A stretch of DNA of 64,000 bases from Eubacteriales bacterium. Lineage in GTDB: Bacteria; Bacillota; Clostridia; Oscillospirales; CAG-272. Position 1 is the stretch's first letter. Each line of letters starts with the position of its first letter. Position numbers and translations under genes: made by a program. The notes under the pieces are model-generated. The model searched no databases. It had not been told where the DNA came from and saw only the letters and a list, made by a program, of their open reading frames with translations. Location: contig JAZLCA010000072.1 in the NCBI GenBank assembly GCA_045613985.1, positions 747 through 64,746 on the forward strand, written 5' to 3'. This document shows, one piece after another, positions 62,631 through 64,000 of the stretch.

Positions 62631-64000
62631 TCAATCGCCGTAGATGTATTTACCTTGACCGGACTGAAGAACCAGGTCAAAGAGAGTGTACATATCGACG
62701 TATTTGTAGGTATAGCCATCGTTCTTGGCATTGGCGTATGCAAGAAATTCTTCAATGGCATTGATAAGGCCGGGCGTGTACTGACGAATGGTACGGTAAG
62801 CGGCAAAGCTGGTTCCGCTTCGTTTGATCCAATTGTACATCGTGTCCAGCCAGCCCTCCGAGCCAGGATAGATGTCGCACATATTCATGTAGACCGTCTC
62901 TTCGTTGTATACCGTCAGGTACTTGCTACCGTCGTTATGGAAGGAGCCGTGGGGCGAGATCTTGGCATAAGCAGACATCTCGCGCAGGGTCAGAGGCTTC
63001 TGATTGATGATGAAGCCGACGATGTCCATATCAAACTTATCCAGATAAGGACGGTTATAATCCAGCCACAAATCCATATCCTTGAGCATGGTCGGCATGA
63101 CGTAGCCCGCGCCGCTGTCACCCGTGACGAAATAGTCAAGATCCGTCTTGTTCTCGTAGACGTAGTCAAAGATCATGGGAACACGGTCGGACAGGTTGGG
63201 GTTGAAGGCCCACATCAGCGGGATCTTGCCGCGCTCACCCTCGGTAAAGCAGTAAGGAACCATTTCCTTGAGCCATGCGGAGGAGTCGTAGTCACCGATA
63301 TAGACGGTGAAGTATCGAACCTTCTTGTTAAATTCCTCCGTCAGGGGCGCATCGTTGTTTTCATAGTTCTCAACCGTGGGCGTGTACTGACAGTAAACAG
63401 AGGCGTTGGTCATCCACGAAGGCTGAGCGGCATCTGCTTCTTTGATGAAGTTATACTCGGTGATCAGCGAAACGAAGGCCCATTCCAATGCAACGGGCTC
63501 GGTTTTGCCGTGACCAAGGTGGGTGGTATACTTCATGTACCAGGGCGGGAAGCCCATCAGCTTAGTCATTTTACCGTTGTTACGCTGTTCCACCGTAGAG
63601 AGGATGGTCTTCAACGTTTGAGCGTCGGTACCAAGCGGCTGGGTAGGATCGTCGCAAGGACGCTCATCTGCCACACAAGTGAGGTCAATAAAGAAACACT
63701 CGTTATAGATATAATAATCATGGCTGTAGAGCTGATTGTAGGCAGGAGACGTACTCTCCGCCTTCTTGTAGATATCATTAGACGCTACCTGAGACGCGCC
63801 ATCCAAAGCATAAGCCAGCATACCGGGATTGGTGCGGTCCATATACTTTTCCATGGCCCACAGATACGGGTCGCATTTAATACTTCCCGTAGAGGGGATA
63901 TCGGTATCGGCAATATTGGTTCCTAACTTGCCGGTGAACATATCGCACAGATTCATCTTGACATCGACACCGTTGTTATACAGCCATGTGTACAGGCTGT
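62631..64000 (-). CDS. GxGYxYP-domain putative glycoside hydrolase (5' end beyond the window)
   Basis: The frame stays open upstream of the track's first Met to nt 64000 (..SLYTWLYNNGVDVKMNLCD..). Diagnostic TGDSGAGYVMPT (GxGYxxP) motif. Stop at 62631. Confidence 0.7.
   Translation of the reverse strand, partial: SLYTWLYNNGVDVKMNLCDMFTGKLGTNIADTDIPSTGSIKCDPYLWAMEKYMDRTNPGMLAYALDGASQVASNDIYKKAESTSPAYNQLYSHDYYIYNECFFIDLTCVADERPCDDPTQPLGTDAQTLKTILSTVEQRNNGKMTKLMGFPPWYMKYTTHLGHGKTEPVALEWAFVSLITEYNFIKEADAAQPSWMTNASVYCQYTPTVENYENNDAPLTEEFNKKVRYFTVYIGDYDSSAWLKEMVPYCFTEGERGKIPLMWAFNPNLSDRVPMIFDYVYENKTDLDYFVTGDSGAGYVMPTMLKDMDLWLDYNRPYLDKFDMDIVGFIINQKPLTLREMSAYAKISPHGSFHNDGSKYLTVYNEETVYMNMCDIYPGSEGWLDTMYNWIKRSGTSFAAYRTIRQYTPGLINAIEEFLAYANAKNDGYTYKYVDMYTLFDLVLQSGQGKYIYGD

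Noticed and set aside
1-64000. CRISPR arrays, IS elements, prophage or rRNA
   Set aside because: There are no regularly spaced direct repeats, no transposase, integrase or phage structural motifs, and no rRNA-like conserved stretches on either strand. The only tandem repeats are coding ones: the DUF4367 modules, the YD repeats and the PE linker.

Overview
64-kb chromosomal segment with the gene content and codon style of a moderately GC-rich Firmicutes/Clostridia genome (Oscillospiraceae-like; the taxon cannot be proven from sequence alone). I support about 50 protein genes and one tRNA-Ser(CGA). I see no rRNA, CRISPR array, transposase or integrase. The backbone is housekeeping: lepB-rbgA-rnhB-yraN-dipeptidase-thrC, tig-clpP-clpX, malQ, topB and purC. 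A coupled dGTPase-like/NrnA/NrnA/SurE operon also belongs to this backbone. Glycan-degrading enzymes are interspersed: a secreted GH31 lipoprotein with three CBM-like modules, GH38 alpha-mannosidase, GH2 beta-mannosidase, a GH36-like enzyme, GH77, a heparinase II/III-like protein and a GxGYxYP protein. Other content includes two SPFH membrane-scaffold systems, an ECF sigma factor with an anti-sigma carrying five tandem DUF4367-like modules, a YD-repeat lipoprotein, and an enoate-reductase + split aconitase-X operon. The stand-out is an 11-kb co-oriented minus-strand locus (46.0-57.1 kb). It encodes a TetR regulator, two ER/archaeal-type (SipW-like) signal peptidases and four paralogous TasA/camelysin-like beta-sandwich proteins with SipW-cognate-type signal peptides. 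One of these four is a two-TM protein whose cytoplasmic tail ends in a ribosomal uL15 C-terminal-domain homologue. The locus ends with a ~1,730-aa secreted repeat adhesin that has no recognisable anchor. A perfect 8-4-8 palindrome upstream of the major subunit gene is repeated in the TetR promoter. I read this as an elaborate, probably undescribed, sortase-independent TasA-type fibre or adhesin-display system. All family calls come from motif recognition by eye; no database search was run. Many long antisense 'shadow' ORFs in the track are rejected.
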